Shown: positions 7,134 to 16,943 of the stretch, one piece after another | How the letters are laid out: every line of letters begins with the position of its first letter | Position numbering within the stretch: the first letter of the stretch is position 1 | Origin: Candidatus Micrarchaeota archaeon | GTDB lineage: Archaea; Micrarchaeota; Micrarchaeia; Norongarragalinales; SBBD01 | Length of the DNA: 64,000 nt | Direction of reading: 5' to 3' | Assembly: GCA_018819225.1 (NCBI GenBank) | Contig: JAHJQN010000004.1 | Span: forward strand, 96,001-160,000 | Program-made: the position numbers and the translations under genes | The notes under the pieces: model-generated | Seen by the model: the letters and a program-made list of their open reading frames with translations, nothing else | Database searches by the model: none | What the model was told of the DNA's origin: nothing

Positions 7134-9968
7134 TTCAAAAGATAAGCTTTTATTTGATAGATTAGAAATGCGCTTCCGAACGATCAGGGAGACAATGCCT
7201 ATAATGAAGAGAATCATGATGGGATGCCATTCCGGTGTTCGGCTTGAAACGATTCCGGTTCTTTGAATGTCGCAGGAATCGCTTCCGACCCCTGAAGAAG
7301 CACGGACTTCATAGTTTATGCTCAGTGGCGTGTCAACGATATACCTGAATACGTTTCCGTTTACTGCTTCCAATTGATGAGGAGCACCGCTTAAAACGAC
7401 GCCCGAACATGCTTTTCCTTCAACGATACATTGAACGGTTATGCGGGTATGATCGGACGCAGTAATGCGCGGGCAGGCTAGGGATAACACGCTTGCTTCT
7501 TGATATTCACCTGGCAACCCGCCATCTCCTCCCGGATCGGGTGTTGGCGTAATGGGTGGAGCGCCTGGTGGAAGAATGGTTATACTGGCTTCATCCGAAT
7601 CGGAAAGGCCGCCGTCATCCCACACCGTTAGTATAGCTAAACGAGTCGTTTCTTCCGTGCACATGACGTTAAACGTATCGGTTTGTTGTCCGTTCAAAAT
7701 GCAGTCGGTAGTATCATTTAATTCCCATAACCAGGCGACGATCGTTCCGTCCGGATCATGGGATGCACTTCCATCCACGTTGACATCAATGCCTACCCAC
7801 GTAAACACGTCTCCTCCTGCATTTGCAGAAGGAGGTATGTTTTCTCCACCGGGTGTAGCAGAAATGATCCATTGTTCTTGAAGATAATCGCTTTGAGATT
7901 CGTTATCCACGCACGTAGCATCTACCAGCCAAAGGCCTTCAAACAGTAATGGTACATCGGAGTGATCTAATACCCAAAAATCGGTTCCGGGTACTTGAAC
8001 CGCGTTGTCGTTGAAGACTTCTGAACTGGCAGGGTTTGTCATCGATAGCGTAACGAGGTCTAAAGCATTTTCTGGATCCGTGCATTCTGTCCGTGTTTGG
8101 TAAACGGTTTCTTCAAAAACAAGACTCGTGCAGTCCCCCCAATTTTCTGAACCCGTAGAATCGCATTCGATAGAGCTAATTATTGGAGGTAAGTTAGAGT
8201 TGATTTCCCAAACTTCGTCTCTGCTTGTGGTTTCAATGGGAAATCCGTGACATGTGGCTCTTAACCGCCAAGCCCCCCCTTTATCGACGGGAACATTTAG
8301 TCCCTGTAAGCTATAGAAGTCCCCCTCTTGTTGAGTATACCATCCGGAAGCGCGTTCGATCATGTCCGGATCAATCAATCGGAAATCTACGTAATCGACA
8401 CCCCAGTCTTCATCCGCACATTCCGCTCCCACTGCGGTAATCATTTCCATATACCGTGCATTCGTGCAATTAACGAATCCATCCCCTTCATCGCAAAGAA
8501 TGTCTCCGAGAACCAGGGGAATGTTTTCATTAAACCGTTGGGCAAGGACGCTCGTGGGGGGCAACCCATGGATGTCCGATCCTTTCTTGCCGAAACCCAT
8601 GATGACTCCCCCGCCGCTATCCGGAATCGATTTAACGCTTTGAAAACCAAATCCAGAGCTGTCCGTGGAAAGTATGATGTTTGGGTTCCATAACGGATCC
8701 TTAACGCCATTACTTAGGTATTTCGTTACATAATAGTATCGATCTGCCCCGATGGTTACGTCCGCATAATGAAGATAGACATCGTTTAACGAATCCATGG
8801 TGGCATCAATGCTCCAAGCAGAATCATCGATCGTCTTTAGCGTAGTCCATTCTGGAGCGATGGTTCCATTCGCCTGAACGCGCTGTAAAAATGTACGGCC
8901 ATGGTATCCTTGTCCATTGACGAACGTTTCGGTAGTCCTTCCAATATAGTAAAATCCATTTTCGTTATCTGGCAATATTTTTTCAATGAACCCCTTGTTT
9001 GGAAGCGTGAGGTCTATACCCGTACTTCCCCACACTGGAGCAGGTGAGCCATTCTCATCCAGCTTGAGGAAACGCACGCGGTATTCGCTTCCTGGTAATC
9101 GGTAGTTTATTCCAACATAAGTGTATCCGTCACTAGAACGCGCTATGTATGCAAATGATTGCCATTCCCAAGCCGGATTATGATTCTGAATCAAAAAACC
9201 TTCTGCCGGCCAGCCCACTTCAACATCTCCACTCCCGTCCAAACGAATCAAGTAGATTTTTCCATCTGAAGTATCATGCCATGAAACAAATACGCCTCCA
9301 TTCCCGTCGATGATGCCACCGGCCATTCCTGAATTAGAGTTAGGAGCGTATATCGATTCCTTGATTAACGTCCTGAATAAAACCGTTCCCGTCGGACTTA
9401 CTTTTAAGGCCCATAAATCAGCCACACTAGAACCTAGTTTTCCGCAATCACCAGAGTTTCGACAGCGAGTATAAACGACATAGAAGTTACCATCGGAATC
9501 CGTAAACATATCCTTCAAATAGTTTTTTCCTTCATCCGAGTTATGGATTCTGGTTTTTCCCCAAATAATATTTTCATTCCCATCCAATCGTGCAGCGTAC
9601 AGATTATAGTCATATCCATAAGCAGGCGGCACGTTTGTTGCCCAAACCATGTATACTCCATTTGCGCCATCACTCGCAGACATTAGCCCGTGGCTCCATG
9701 GAGAAAAGTTTACGTCAAGACTCCATAACGGTCTCCCAAAACTATTGAAATGATTTACAAAAGGTTGTGGATCCGCATAACCATTAACCGTTGCGTCATC
9801 CACCCATGTCACGAATGCGCCGCCGAGTCCGTCATCAGCGATTTGAACCGTCTGGCCGCGATGATCGGAGACTTCCCAACGATAGGCTCCATAGAGGTGT
9901 TGGATGGCTGCTTCAGAAGAACTGGAAACAAGCAGCAATACCATGGCGATTTTGAGTAAGTGGTTCAT
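7107..9968 (-). CDS. Large secreted surface protein (beta-propeller-like repeats, Cys-containing Ig-like repeats, PKD domain, PEF-CTERM-like anchor)
   Basis: signal peptide; DG.GG repeats; PPSANAG..DGSASHDPDG PKD motif; TPEW + TM + RKR tail. Confidence 0.8.
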   Translation of the reverse strand: MNHLLKIAMVLLLVSSSSEAAIQHLYGAYRWEVSDHRGQTVQIADDGLGGAFVTWVDDATVNGYADPQPFVNHFNSFGRPLWSLDVNFSPWSHGLMSASDGANGVYMVWATNVPPAYGYDYNLYAARLDGNENIIWGKTRIHNSDEGKNYLKDMFTDSDGNFYVVYTRCRNSGDCGKLGSSVADLWALKVSPTGTVLFRTLIKESIYAPNSNSGMAGGIIDGNGGVFVSWHDTSDGKIYLIRLDGSGDVEVGWPAEGFLIQNHNPAWEWQSFAYIARSSDGYTYVGINYRLPGSEYRVRFLKLDENGSPAPVWGSTGIDLTLPNKGFIEKILPDNENGFYYIGRTTETFVNGQGYHGRTFLQRVQANGTIAPEWTTLKTIDDSAWSIDATMDSLNDVYLHYADVTIGADRYYYVTKYLSNGVKDPLWNPNIILSTDSSGFGFQSVKSIPDSGGGVIMGFGKKGSDIHGLPPTSVLAQRFNENIPLVLGDILCDEGDGFVNCTNARYMEMITAVGAECADEDWGVDYVDFRLIDPDMIERASGWYTQQEGDFYSLQGLNVPVDKGGAWRLRATCHGFPIETTSRDEVWEINSNLPPIISSIECDSTGSENWGDCTSLVFEETVYQTRTECTDPENALDLVTLSMTNPASSEVFNDNAVQVPGTDFWVLDHSDVPLLFEGLWLVDATCVDNESQSDYLQEQWIISATPGGENIPPSANAGGDVFTWVGIDVNVDGSASHDPDGTIVAWLWELNDTTDCILNGQQTDTFNVMCTEETTRLAILTVWDDGGLSDSDEASITILPPGAPPITPTPDPGGDGGLPGEYQEASVLSLACPRITASDHTRITVQCIVEGKACSGVVLSGAPHQLEAVNGNVFRYIVDTPLSINYEVRASSGVGSDSCDIQRTGIVSSRTPEWHPIMILFIIGIVSLIVRKRISNLSNKSLSFERRGGDSNS

Positions 9969-10063
9969 GAACAAAGTATGAATTACGCCTAAATAAGCTT
10001 TGCTCTTCCATCAAAAAATAAGTAGACACAAGTAATTCTAAAGAGAAAAGGAACGGCGTTTGA

Positions 10064-10765
10064 TTACGCCTTCAAGCCGAGTCCTTGTCGGGTCAGTACG
10101 TACCTCGCGTCAATCCACAACGCGTTCACGGGAATCACGCTTACGAACCGGTGTAGCACCGTATTAACCACGATGAACGAACTGGTTATTCCTCCTGCAA
10201 ACATCAATCGTTCGAATGCGACGATGGGAATGAGTGCGGTCCAGAATGCAGCGGTTGTGGGAAAGGTATAAATCCAAACAACTCCACCAACCGAATGCGC
10301 GGTAAACGTGGCTCCCAGGGATCGCATGAACAAGTTTTCAGGCAGGAAACTCGCGATGACGGGTATCAACCAGTATAACGAGTAATACCAGGCTTCAGCG
10401 CCCACCGGATGCAATAAAAATGCGGCCATGGCTACAAGCGGTACGATTCGCGATATTTTGGCGGTTCGGGTCGCAAAATAGTATGCGGCAAACAACATGG
10501 GGGTTAACCGCATCAGGTTGACGAACGTCACGTCTTTTCCAAGCAATAGAAAACCGCCGATTTCCGCCAGCAATACGGAAGCTGCTCCAGCGATTGGACC
10601 TAAAAATCCGCCTGCAATCGGTCCGAGAAACTGAAACATCGTAAAGAATTGATTTTCAGCGCCTAAAACTTGGGAAAAATTGATTTGTTGGGCAATCAAT
10701 GCGGCGACGCCAAAAATCACTATAAACAGCACGCGCTTCCGACTATAAACCGTATTCCAATCCAC
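10064..10765 (-). CDS. Membrane protein resembling an ECF-type S component
   Basis: about 6-7 TMs; F.FLGPIAGGFLGP..GA motif. Confidence 0.5.
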   Translation of the reverse strand: MDWNTVYSRKRVLFIVIFGVAALIAQQINFSQVLGAENQFFTMFQFLGPIAGGFLGPIAGAASVLLAEIGGFLLLGKDVTFVNLMRLTPMLFAAYYFATRTAKISRIVPLVAMAAFLLHPVGAEAWYYSLYWLIPVIASFLPENLFMRSLGATFTAHSVGGVVWIYTFPTTAAFWTALIPIVAFERLMFAGGITSSFIVVNTVLHRFVSVIPVNALWIDARYVLTRQGLGLKA

Positions 10766-10816
10766 GCAAACCCACCCCCCTCGATACAATAAACAGTGCA
10801 GAAAACAAGAATGCTT

Positions 10817-11218
10817 TTACGGAGCAGATTTTAAAACTCTTTCTATCTCTTCCGCCAACTTAAAATACTCTTCAAACTTGTGCGAATAATCGTTTTTCCC
10901 TTTTATTCCGATTCCCTGGCTCCTCATTTTCCTAAGCAGACGCCGGTGTTGCTGAAGCGTTCCCAAAAGGTATACGTCAGTAGTGGGCTCGGAACAGTCC
11001 ACCGCATGAATGGAAACCGCCGCATCCCCTCCTACAGCTAACATTTCCTGTTTTAGGATGTTCGCCACCGCATTACGAACGCTTTTCAGAAATATTATTC
11101 GAAAAACAGCTTTGGGTGCCATGATTCGTGCACCACCCGCGGATGCCCGAGCATCCAGAAAGGCAGCGCAGGCTTCTTTCTCGTTTTCGAACGTTATTAG
11201 CTTTCCCTGATAGTCCAT
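10817..11218 (-). CDS. Stand-alone domain similar to the N-terminal extension of some dihydropteroate synthases
   Basis: GARIMAPKA, ANILKQEMLAVGGDAAV, TDVYLLGT..Q..RL motifs; no TIM barrel. Confidence 0.6.
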   Translation of the reverse strand: MDYQGKLITFENEKEACAAFLDARASAGGARIMAPKAVFRIIFLKSVRNAVANILKQEMLAVGGDAAVSIHAVDCSEPTTDVYLLGTLQQHRRLLRKMRSQGIGIKGKNDYSHKFEEYFKLAEEIERVLKSAP

Positions 11219-11355
11219 GGGTAATTATGCAGGATGCTAGTTAATTATTTAAAAAACAATGCCTCGAGGGCGTATCCACTAGAGATATGAGAAGCGGGAC
11301 CCCGCCCTTTTCCGAACGAATTCGAAAGAAGAGCGGGGCGCAATGGGTTTGCCTC

Positions 11356-11478
11356 CTAGTGAACGTCTCCATTCGGGGATTCGCGGTTAAAGAACCGCCA
11401 GAGAAACCATCCGGATGCAACAAATCCGATCATGATCACGGATGAAAACGCGCTGATAATCCAAGACGTAGCCTCCAT
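11356..11478 (-). CDS. Small single-TM protein, 40 aa (below the ORF track cutoff)
   Basis: MEATSWIISAFSSVIMIGFVASGWFLWRFFNRESPNGDVH*; purine-rich leader and TTTATAAA upstream. Confidence 0.55.
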   Translation of the reverse strand: MEATSWIISAFSSVIMIGFVASGWFLWRFFNRESPNGDVH

Positions 11479-11527
11479 GATTTTTTTCCACTTCCACTAT
11501 TTACGGGGGTTTATAAATATAATAGCA

Positions 11528-11546
11528 TGTCGTCATTCAACCGACA
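11528..11546. promoter_or_regulatory. Candidate operator TGTCG-N9-CGACA
   Basis: palindrome between the divergent promoters of the TrmB-like gene and the small ORF. Confidence 0.4.
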
Positions 11547-11579
11547 ACTTAAAAAATAACGACGTATATACAAATAAGT

Positions 11580-12353
11580 ATGTTAGAGGAGGATTTGATC
11601 GAACTGGGCCTCACCAAGAACGAAGCAAGAGTATACCTTTCGCTTCTGAAAAAGGGGCCGCTCACCGCCCACGAGATTTCCAACGCCTCGGGCATCTATC
11701 GGCCGTCGGTATACGATTGCCTGAATACGTTGATGGAGCAAGGTTTGACAAGTTACATTCTTGTCGAAGGAAAGAAACGTTTCCAGGCCGCGAACCCCCG
11801 TTCGTTGGAGGATTACTATGAACAACGTCTTCAGAAAGTGAAACAAGTGGTAGTCGAACTGTCAAAATTCTCTCCGAAAGAACGGGAAGTGGCGACCGTT
11901 GAAGTTTATCGGGGACGCAAGGCGTTGAAGAAAGCCTTCCGGGACATTCTGGTGGAATTAAAGCGAACCCGGGTGCCTCATTTGGGAATGGGCATTGACG
12001 ACTCCTACTTTATCAATGAGGATCCGTACTTCAGTGAATGGTTCATACGAAATTTGGAAAAACAAAACTTGAAAGAAAAGATGATCACGTTCGAGGGAGC
12101 AACGGGATTCGCTGGCGGAAAGACCACCGAATACCGATTTATTCCTCCGGAATTCTTCAATCCAACGAACATCCTGATTGACGGCAACTTGGTTACGATC
12201 ATCATTTGGACCGAGCCGCGATATGTCATTAAAATCCGCAGCAAACAGATCTCGGAATCGTACCGCAAACAGTTCGAGCTGATGTGGCGCGGAGGTAAGA
12301 AAATGAAGTGGACTCAATCGTTCAGGCAGCGGGTTCCTTTGAAGAACGCATAA
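11580..12353 (+). CDS. TrmB-family transcriptional regulator
   Basis: LGLTKNEARVYLSLL..G..TA.EIS..SGIYR.SVYD wHTH; C-terminal effector domain. Confidence 0.9.
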   Translation: MLEEDLIELGLTKNEARVYLSLLKKGPLTAHEISNASGIYRPSVYDCLNTLMEQGLTSYILVEGKKRFQAANPRSLEDYYEQRLQKVKQVVVELSKFSPKEREVATVEVYRGRKALKKAFRDILVELKRTRVPHLGMGIDDSYFINEDPYFSEWFIRNLEKQNLKEKMITFEGATGFAGGKTTEYRFIPPEFFNPTNILIDGNLVTIIIWTEPRYVIKIRSKQISESYRKQFELMWRGGKKMKWTQSFRQRVPLKNA

Positions 12354-13977
12354 ATACGCGGGTCATCCGCTTGCCAAGGTCTCCGACCCGTCGAATGGCA
12401 TTATGGAAGCGCCAGTTCGGTGGGTAATACAGTAGATGCCGGTTTCCCAGCCATCCAACAACCCCCAATTCTGATCGAAATTTTCTAAGTCTCTCTGTTT
12501 CGGATCCTCCTGCTGAAACAATGCTCTTATTCCCATCAGGCAATCGGTCATGTATCTTCTGGAGCGTGTGATAAACAAGTGCGGCTCCGGCTTGTCTGAC
12601 CATTTCACCCCCCAATCCCGCCGGAAGCTCCAATTTCGTTGGTGTAATCAATGCAATAGCGGCATATACGGGTCGCAATTGTTCTCGCTTTACCCATTCT
12701 TCTCGAGATTCTCCCAATCTTTTTTTTTCGCGTTTATCCGCGGTTGCATTCAATCGACTTCCAGTGACACCGAGTCCGCTTCGAGTTAACTCGGCAATCG
12801 TGTTTCGAAAAGGATGTCCACGAGGAAGATCTTCTCTTCGGAGTTCCCGGACGACGCCTGGACCAAAATACCCTATGTGTTCATAGGCCGCAAATCCGAA
12901 GGGAATGCGCCGATTCGATCGTCCTCGAGAACCGGTGTAGCTTAGGTAAACCATGTACAAGGGATGAGTTGCGGTTGATTTAAATCGAAGGTACATTTGG
13001 TGAGCTGCAATAGCCGTTCCAATATCTTCACCAGTTCTTCTGTGCATCTGAGGTGCCCATTGTTTGAGCACTTGAAGCGCGTCGGAACGATGTAGGTATG
13101 GATGGTAGTTTTCGACTCGAATCGCTACGCCCTTCGGCAATGAATTTCGAAATTCTTTCAATTTTCTAACGAGTGAGGGTTTTGGGGAAGTAAATACGTG
13201 TTCCAAAGAAATGAGCGGGGAAGCATACCGATCATCATCCATTGGCCATTTTCCATCCCACTTGTCCCCTCTACGATAATCCGTAAATCCCTGCTCCTTC
13301 GTCAACCTCAGTTCAAGAAATGGATTTGCTTTTTTTACGATGACCTTGTCTCGGGTCGACTTTCCGAGTTGTTCAGAAATAATTCGGGTTAGGGCAGCCA
13401 TGCGACGAGGTTTTCCCTCGGGGCTCAAAATGACGAAAGGAGCCCTATTGTGCTCTTTGGTCGCAATGATGAGGAATCCGTCACTGCCTCCATTGAGGAG
13501 GACGATCCATGGTCTTTCGCAGTGACGGGCGGCTTGCATTGCCCACAGAATCGAGCGGCCATAATGTGGGACAATCTGAGTTTTTTCAAGCCCCTCTTTT
13601 CTCAGTAATTTTTGGCTTAGGGAATAAACGTCTTCATTGGATAAAGGGCGTATCTCAACATTCGGCGTTTTACCCCGATTCTGATATATCGCCATACGGT
13701 TTTCAATGGACTCCGTGTTTTGCGACAAGATCTGCAAATGGTGTTCGTATGGTTTCATTCGTTGGGCTTCAATCGAAGCGGTGAGATGGACGGCTTCTTT
13801 CTCCCTATGTATATTTTCCAAATGCCTGATTTGATCCTGATGGGCTCTCAACTGTTTTTGAATTCTTCGTTCAATCCATTCCGGACTCCGCCCAACCAAA
13901 CGACGGGATTCCGTTACCGAATTCGGTATCCGGGTGGGCCACCTCCACTCTTCGTGTTTTTGCTTTTTCGGGGCCAT
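12322..13977 (-). CDS. Arg-rich protein with divergent DUF2156/aminoacyl-transferase (GNAT-like) region
   Basis: DDDRYASP, VENY......DAL.VLKQW, GGSET..LRKFR motifs. Confidence 0.5.
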   Translation of the reverse strand: MAPKKQKHEEWRWPTRIPNSVTESRRLVGRSPEWIERRIQKQLRAHQDQIRHLENIHREKEAVHLTASIEAQRMKPYEHHLQILSQNTESIENRMAIYQNRGKTPNVEIRPLSNEDVYSLSQKLLRKEGLEKTQIVPHYGRSILWAMQAARHCERPWIVLLNGGSDGFLIIATKEHNRAPFVILSPEGKPRRMAALTRIISEQLGKSTRDKVIVKKANPFLELRLTKEQGFTDYRRGDKWDGKWPMDDDRYASPLISLEHVFTSPKPSLVRKLKEFRNSLPKGVAIRVENYHPYLHRSDALQVLKQWAPQMHRRTGEDIGTAIAAHQMYLRFKSTATHPLYMVYLSYTGSRGRSNRRIPFGFAAYEHIGYFGPGVVRELRREDLPRGHPFRNTIAELTRSGLGVTGSRLNATADKREKKRLGESREEWVKREQLRPVYAAIALITPTKLELPAGLGGEMVRQAGAALVYHTLQKIHDRLPDGNKSIVSAGGSETERLRKFRSELGVVGWLGNRHLLYYPPNWRFHNAIRRVGDLGKRMTRVFMRSSKEPAA

Positions 13978-14093
13978 AACCCTTTTGATAATCTAATCCT
14001 ATATAATTCCAATTGAAAGAGTATCGTTCCCGATTGAAAAAAATAATTAACGCAAACAAGTAAAACAATTTAAACATGTATTCGTTATTGGCT

Positions 14094-14285
14094 TCATTGA
14101 GCTTTAGAGAGTTTGCGTTTTCTAATCCACATGACCAGCATTATTAAAAAAAATCCCGCCAGTACGGGTATTCCCCGGTCTCCCAACTCCCCCCGTAACG
14201 CGCTCCTCAACCCAAACCAAACCGCGAGAAAGAGCAGAATAACGCCTCCAAGCTTGAGGAGTGTAATGGGTGATTTATCTTTCAA
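14094..14285 (-). CDS. Small 2-TM protein
   Basis: two hydrophobic segments, basic tail. Confidence 0.55.
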   Translation of the reverse strand: MKDKSPITLLKLGGVILLFLAVWFGLRSALRGELGDRGIPVLAGFFLIMLVMWIRKRKLSKAQ

Positions 14286-14297
14286 TTATTTCGCCTT

Positions 14298-14957
14298 CTA
14301 TTTCCGGAAAACCGCCTTAATCTCACACCGACGGTGGGGCGTTCCATGAAATACGTGTTTATAGGCATCTAATGCCAACGATTCCATGTTGAAGCCTTCT
14401 CTCTGGAATGCCTCACGGACTTCCTTTTCTTCAAAATAATGAACCCAAACGTTATTTCCTTTACGGAATGTCCCCGGCTCCACTTCTTCCCCTTTTCCGC
14501 TGCGCAAATCCGTTCGCTCAAAACCCTTGAAGTAGCATAAGCCCCCGGGTTTCAAAACACGATAGGCTTCCGCAATAGCGGCCTCGCGTTCACTTAGATT
14601 AAGGTGTCCGACAATATGAAATAAGAAAACAACATCAAAAAAATTACGTTGAAAATTAAGTGTGCACAAATCGCCAACCGTGATATTCGCTTTTGCCTTG
14701 AATAATTTAGCTCGTTCTTTGGCTAAAGAAATAGCAGTTGGAGAAACATCAATGGCGTATAGCTCGAATCCTTTGTTGAATAGAGAGCTCAAATGTTTTC
14801 CATTGCCACACCCGACTTCGAGAATTCGGCTTCCTTCCGGTAGATCGAGTTTGAAATTCGTGGTTCCCCGCCATCTTCCTCTCCCCGACTTGTACTCTTT
14901 TTCCCAAGCATACACGTGATGCTTTGATAACGGACCAGAAGAATAGGGCAATGGCAT
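14298..14957 (-). CDS. Class I SAM-dependent methyltransferase
   Basis: ILEVGCGNGK, AIDVS, FDVV, RVLKPGG. Confidence 0.9.
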   Translation of the reverse strand: MPLPYSSGPLSKHHVYAWEKEYKSGRGRWRGTTNFKLDLPEGSRILEVGCGNGKHLSSLFNKGFELYAIDVSPTAISLAKERAKLFKAKANITVGDLCTLNFQRNFFDVVFLFHIVGHLNLSEREAAIAEAYRVLKPGGLCYFKGFERTDLRSGKGEEVEPGTFRKGNNVWVHYFEEKEVREAFQREGFNMESLALDAYKHVFHGTPHRRCEIKAVFRK

Positions 14958-14969
14958 TCCTCATCATCC

Positions 14970-15461
14970 TTATACCGGCCTGGCTTTTTTCCCCAACCGG
15001 GTTTGTAAACACTCGAACGTTGTCGGAACCGACAAATCAAGGTGAAATCGCTCAAAATCTTTTCCCTGTTTATCGGTGGATCGAAATCCCATTTGATGGA
15101 AGTGATCCATCAGTTTCGTATTAATCACCGGAATAGATGCATGGCGAATTCCTTGTTTCCGTAACCAATTAAATGATTCCAACCGCAGCTTGATTCGTAT
15201 CGTATTATCTCGAATTTGTTGGTGAATAAGTCGCGTGTCCATTCCCCCGCGACCGTTCGATTGAATGCGTGAAAAGGCTAGACCAATCATTCGATTACCC
15301 GAATAAGCGGCGTGAACGATGTTTTCTTTTTCCCTGAAATAAGATTCCGCTTCGTTGGGTAATACCGGTGCACCCGTGTCGCCGCTGAGAAATCGACGTA
15401 CTTGAGCTCGGTCTCTCTCGTTAAGTTTTTGGAGGGCTTGAATTTCATATCGTTCCGCCAC
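14970..15461 (-). CDS. GNAT-fold acetyltransferase-like protein with degenerate motif A
   Basis: VHAAYSGNRMIGLAF, WLRKQG, FHQMGF; paralog of 15887-16372 and 19348-19839. Confidence 0.6.
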   Translation of the reverse strand: MAERYEIQALQKLNERDRAQVRRFLSGDTGAPVLPNEAESYFREKENIVHAAYSGNRMIGLAFSRIQSNGRGGMDTRLIHQQIRDNTIRIKLRLESFNWLRKQGIRHASIPVINTKLMDHFHQMGFRSTDKQGKDFERFHLDLSVPTTFECLQTRLGKKARPV

Positions 15462-15484
15462 GGTTTGATCGCCTGCATTATTTG

Positions 15485-15838
15485 TTACGCTTTGGTAATT
15501 CGTTTAACGAGAACTTCAGGATTCACAAACGCATTTTTTTCGTTGTCGAAATACGTCTGAACCGCTTTTTCGCCCACACTCTTGAAAAACGAGTCCCAGG
15601 CATCCGCATACTCCGGTTTCAATCCAGCTTTTTTCATCTTAGGAAGTTCTTCGGGGAGAAACGGAGTCAATATTACAGAGGCGTTCTCCAAATCCGTCGC
15701 GGAAGGCTTCCGAGCGAATACGCCACGCGATTTCACATCGAACTCGAACCCTTTTTCCGTAAATATGGCTTGCAATGTTTTCGCAACTGCATTACTGGAA
15801 ATGCCGTGATCGCAAACCACGAGGATTTCTTTGTTCAT
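15485..15838 (-). CDS. PTS EIIB/LMW-PTP-like Cys P-loop protein
   Basis: ILVVCDHGISS, ..DV.S.G, LENASVILTP. Confidence 0.6.
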   Translation of the reverse strand: MNKEILVVCDHGISSNAVAKTLQAIFTEKGFEFDVKSRGVFARKPSATDLENASVILTPFLPEELPKMKKAGLKPEYADAWDSFFKSVGEKAVQTYFDNEKNAFVNPEVLVKRITKA

Positions 15839-15886
15839 GATATTATAGATACATGGGTGTTCAAATGCTTTTCCTCCGGATTAATT

Positions 15887-16372
15887 TCAAGGAAATTTTC
15901 TTACGCGTTGTTCAACGTGCGCCCATTCCGCTGCATTTCCAATAGGTATGTCGAAGCGTTTTTGGGCGGGATTAACGGATTCCGTTCTTTCCGGAAATCC
16001 GGACAAGCGAAGACTCCGGATAATGCGGTTGTTTTCCACGCGACGAATGCTGGCAGTTTTTGCTCCGCGATTCCGTAACCCGTTTAAAGTGGATAAAAAC
16101 AATCGGTTCCCAATGTTTCGATATCGTTCGCTGGGCTCAACCAATACGTACGACAAACGACCCCGTTCCTTATTTATGCTGGTTAACGCGAATCCCACGA
16201 TTCGACCTCCCCTAAAAGCGGCATGAATGAACCGATTAGGTGACGAAAAGAATGCTTTGACCGATCGCTCCGAAACCGCGTGTTCGCGTTCCGATTTCAA
16301 CAAATCGAGAATTTGTTTCCGGTGACCCTGGTCCAAGTGCTGCAATTCACGGAATTTCACAAGTTTCGGCAT
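15887..16372 (-). CDS. GNAT acetyltransferase
   Basis: GRIVGFA, YVLVEPSERYRNIGNRL (motif A), LSGF. Confidence 0.75.
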   Translation of the reverse strand: MPKLVKFRELQHLDQGHRKQILDLLKSEREHAVSERSVKAFFSSPNRFIHAAFRGGRIVGFALTSINKERGRLSYVLVEPSERYRNIGNRLFLSTLNGLRNRGAKTASIRRVENNRIIRSLRLSGFPERTESVNPAQKRFDIPIGNAAEWAHVEQRVRKFP

Positions 16373-16403
16373 GATCTCACTTCTTTTTTCGACATATTAG
16401 CTA

Positions 16404-16943
16404 TTATAATCGTTCCATTCGATGTTGCAATAAACCAATTTTTTTCCTTAATATGCGTAGTGCTATGCTGGTAAGCGGAACTCCGCCTCCTTGATCAAAT
16501 CCGCCGCCACCTTCAGGTTCCTCGGTTCGAAACGCAAATCCCTTTTTCTGTGCAGCCAGTGTTGAAAGAACGCCTACATCTTGGGGACCAAATGTCTCGG
16601 ATTTCCAACCATTTGCCACGAATCTAAAATGGCTGGCGGGAAAATGACCTTTTTGGTGGGGATGTGGTTCAAGTGATAGGGTAAGTCGGACTTTGTCGCC
16701 TAAATCCCCTTCAACACGGTGAGTAAGCCCACCCGTATGAACGGCACGGATCTGGTTAGACTCTTCAAATAAGTGCAATACGACTTCTCTTACTCGTCCA
16801 GGGGCCGTAACCCTTGGAAGAACGCGCAATAGCGTTCTGCGGACATTATGCAAATCCCCTTCCCGAATCTTTTCGTGATGGGTCGATAGCACTCGATCAA
16901 CGAATCCTTCCCATTCCCTCGATTTAGGTGTTGATTTAACCAT
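16404..16943 (-). CDS. Hypothetical protein (family X)
   Basis: paralog of the disrupted 17491-18029 gene (STHH.KIR.GD, EG.LGD..RLTL, GGGVP). Confidence 0.65.
   Translation of the reverse strand: MVKSTPKSREWEGFVDRVLSTHHEKIREGDLHNVRRTLLRVLPRVTAPGRVREVVLHLFEESNQIRAVHTGGLTHRVEGDLGDKVRLTLSLEPHPHQKGHFPASHFRFVANGWKSETFGPQDVGVLSTLAAQKKGFAFRTEEPEGGGGFDQGGGVPLTSIALRILRKKIGLLQHRMERL

Noticed and set aside
11219-11430. Folate riboswitch upstream of the FolP-like gene
   Set aside because: No recognisable THF aptamer; a TATA-like TTTTTAAATA lies between the hairpin and the ATG, so the structure is probably outside that mRNA
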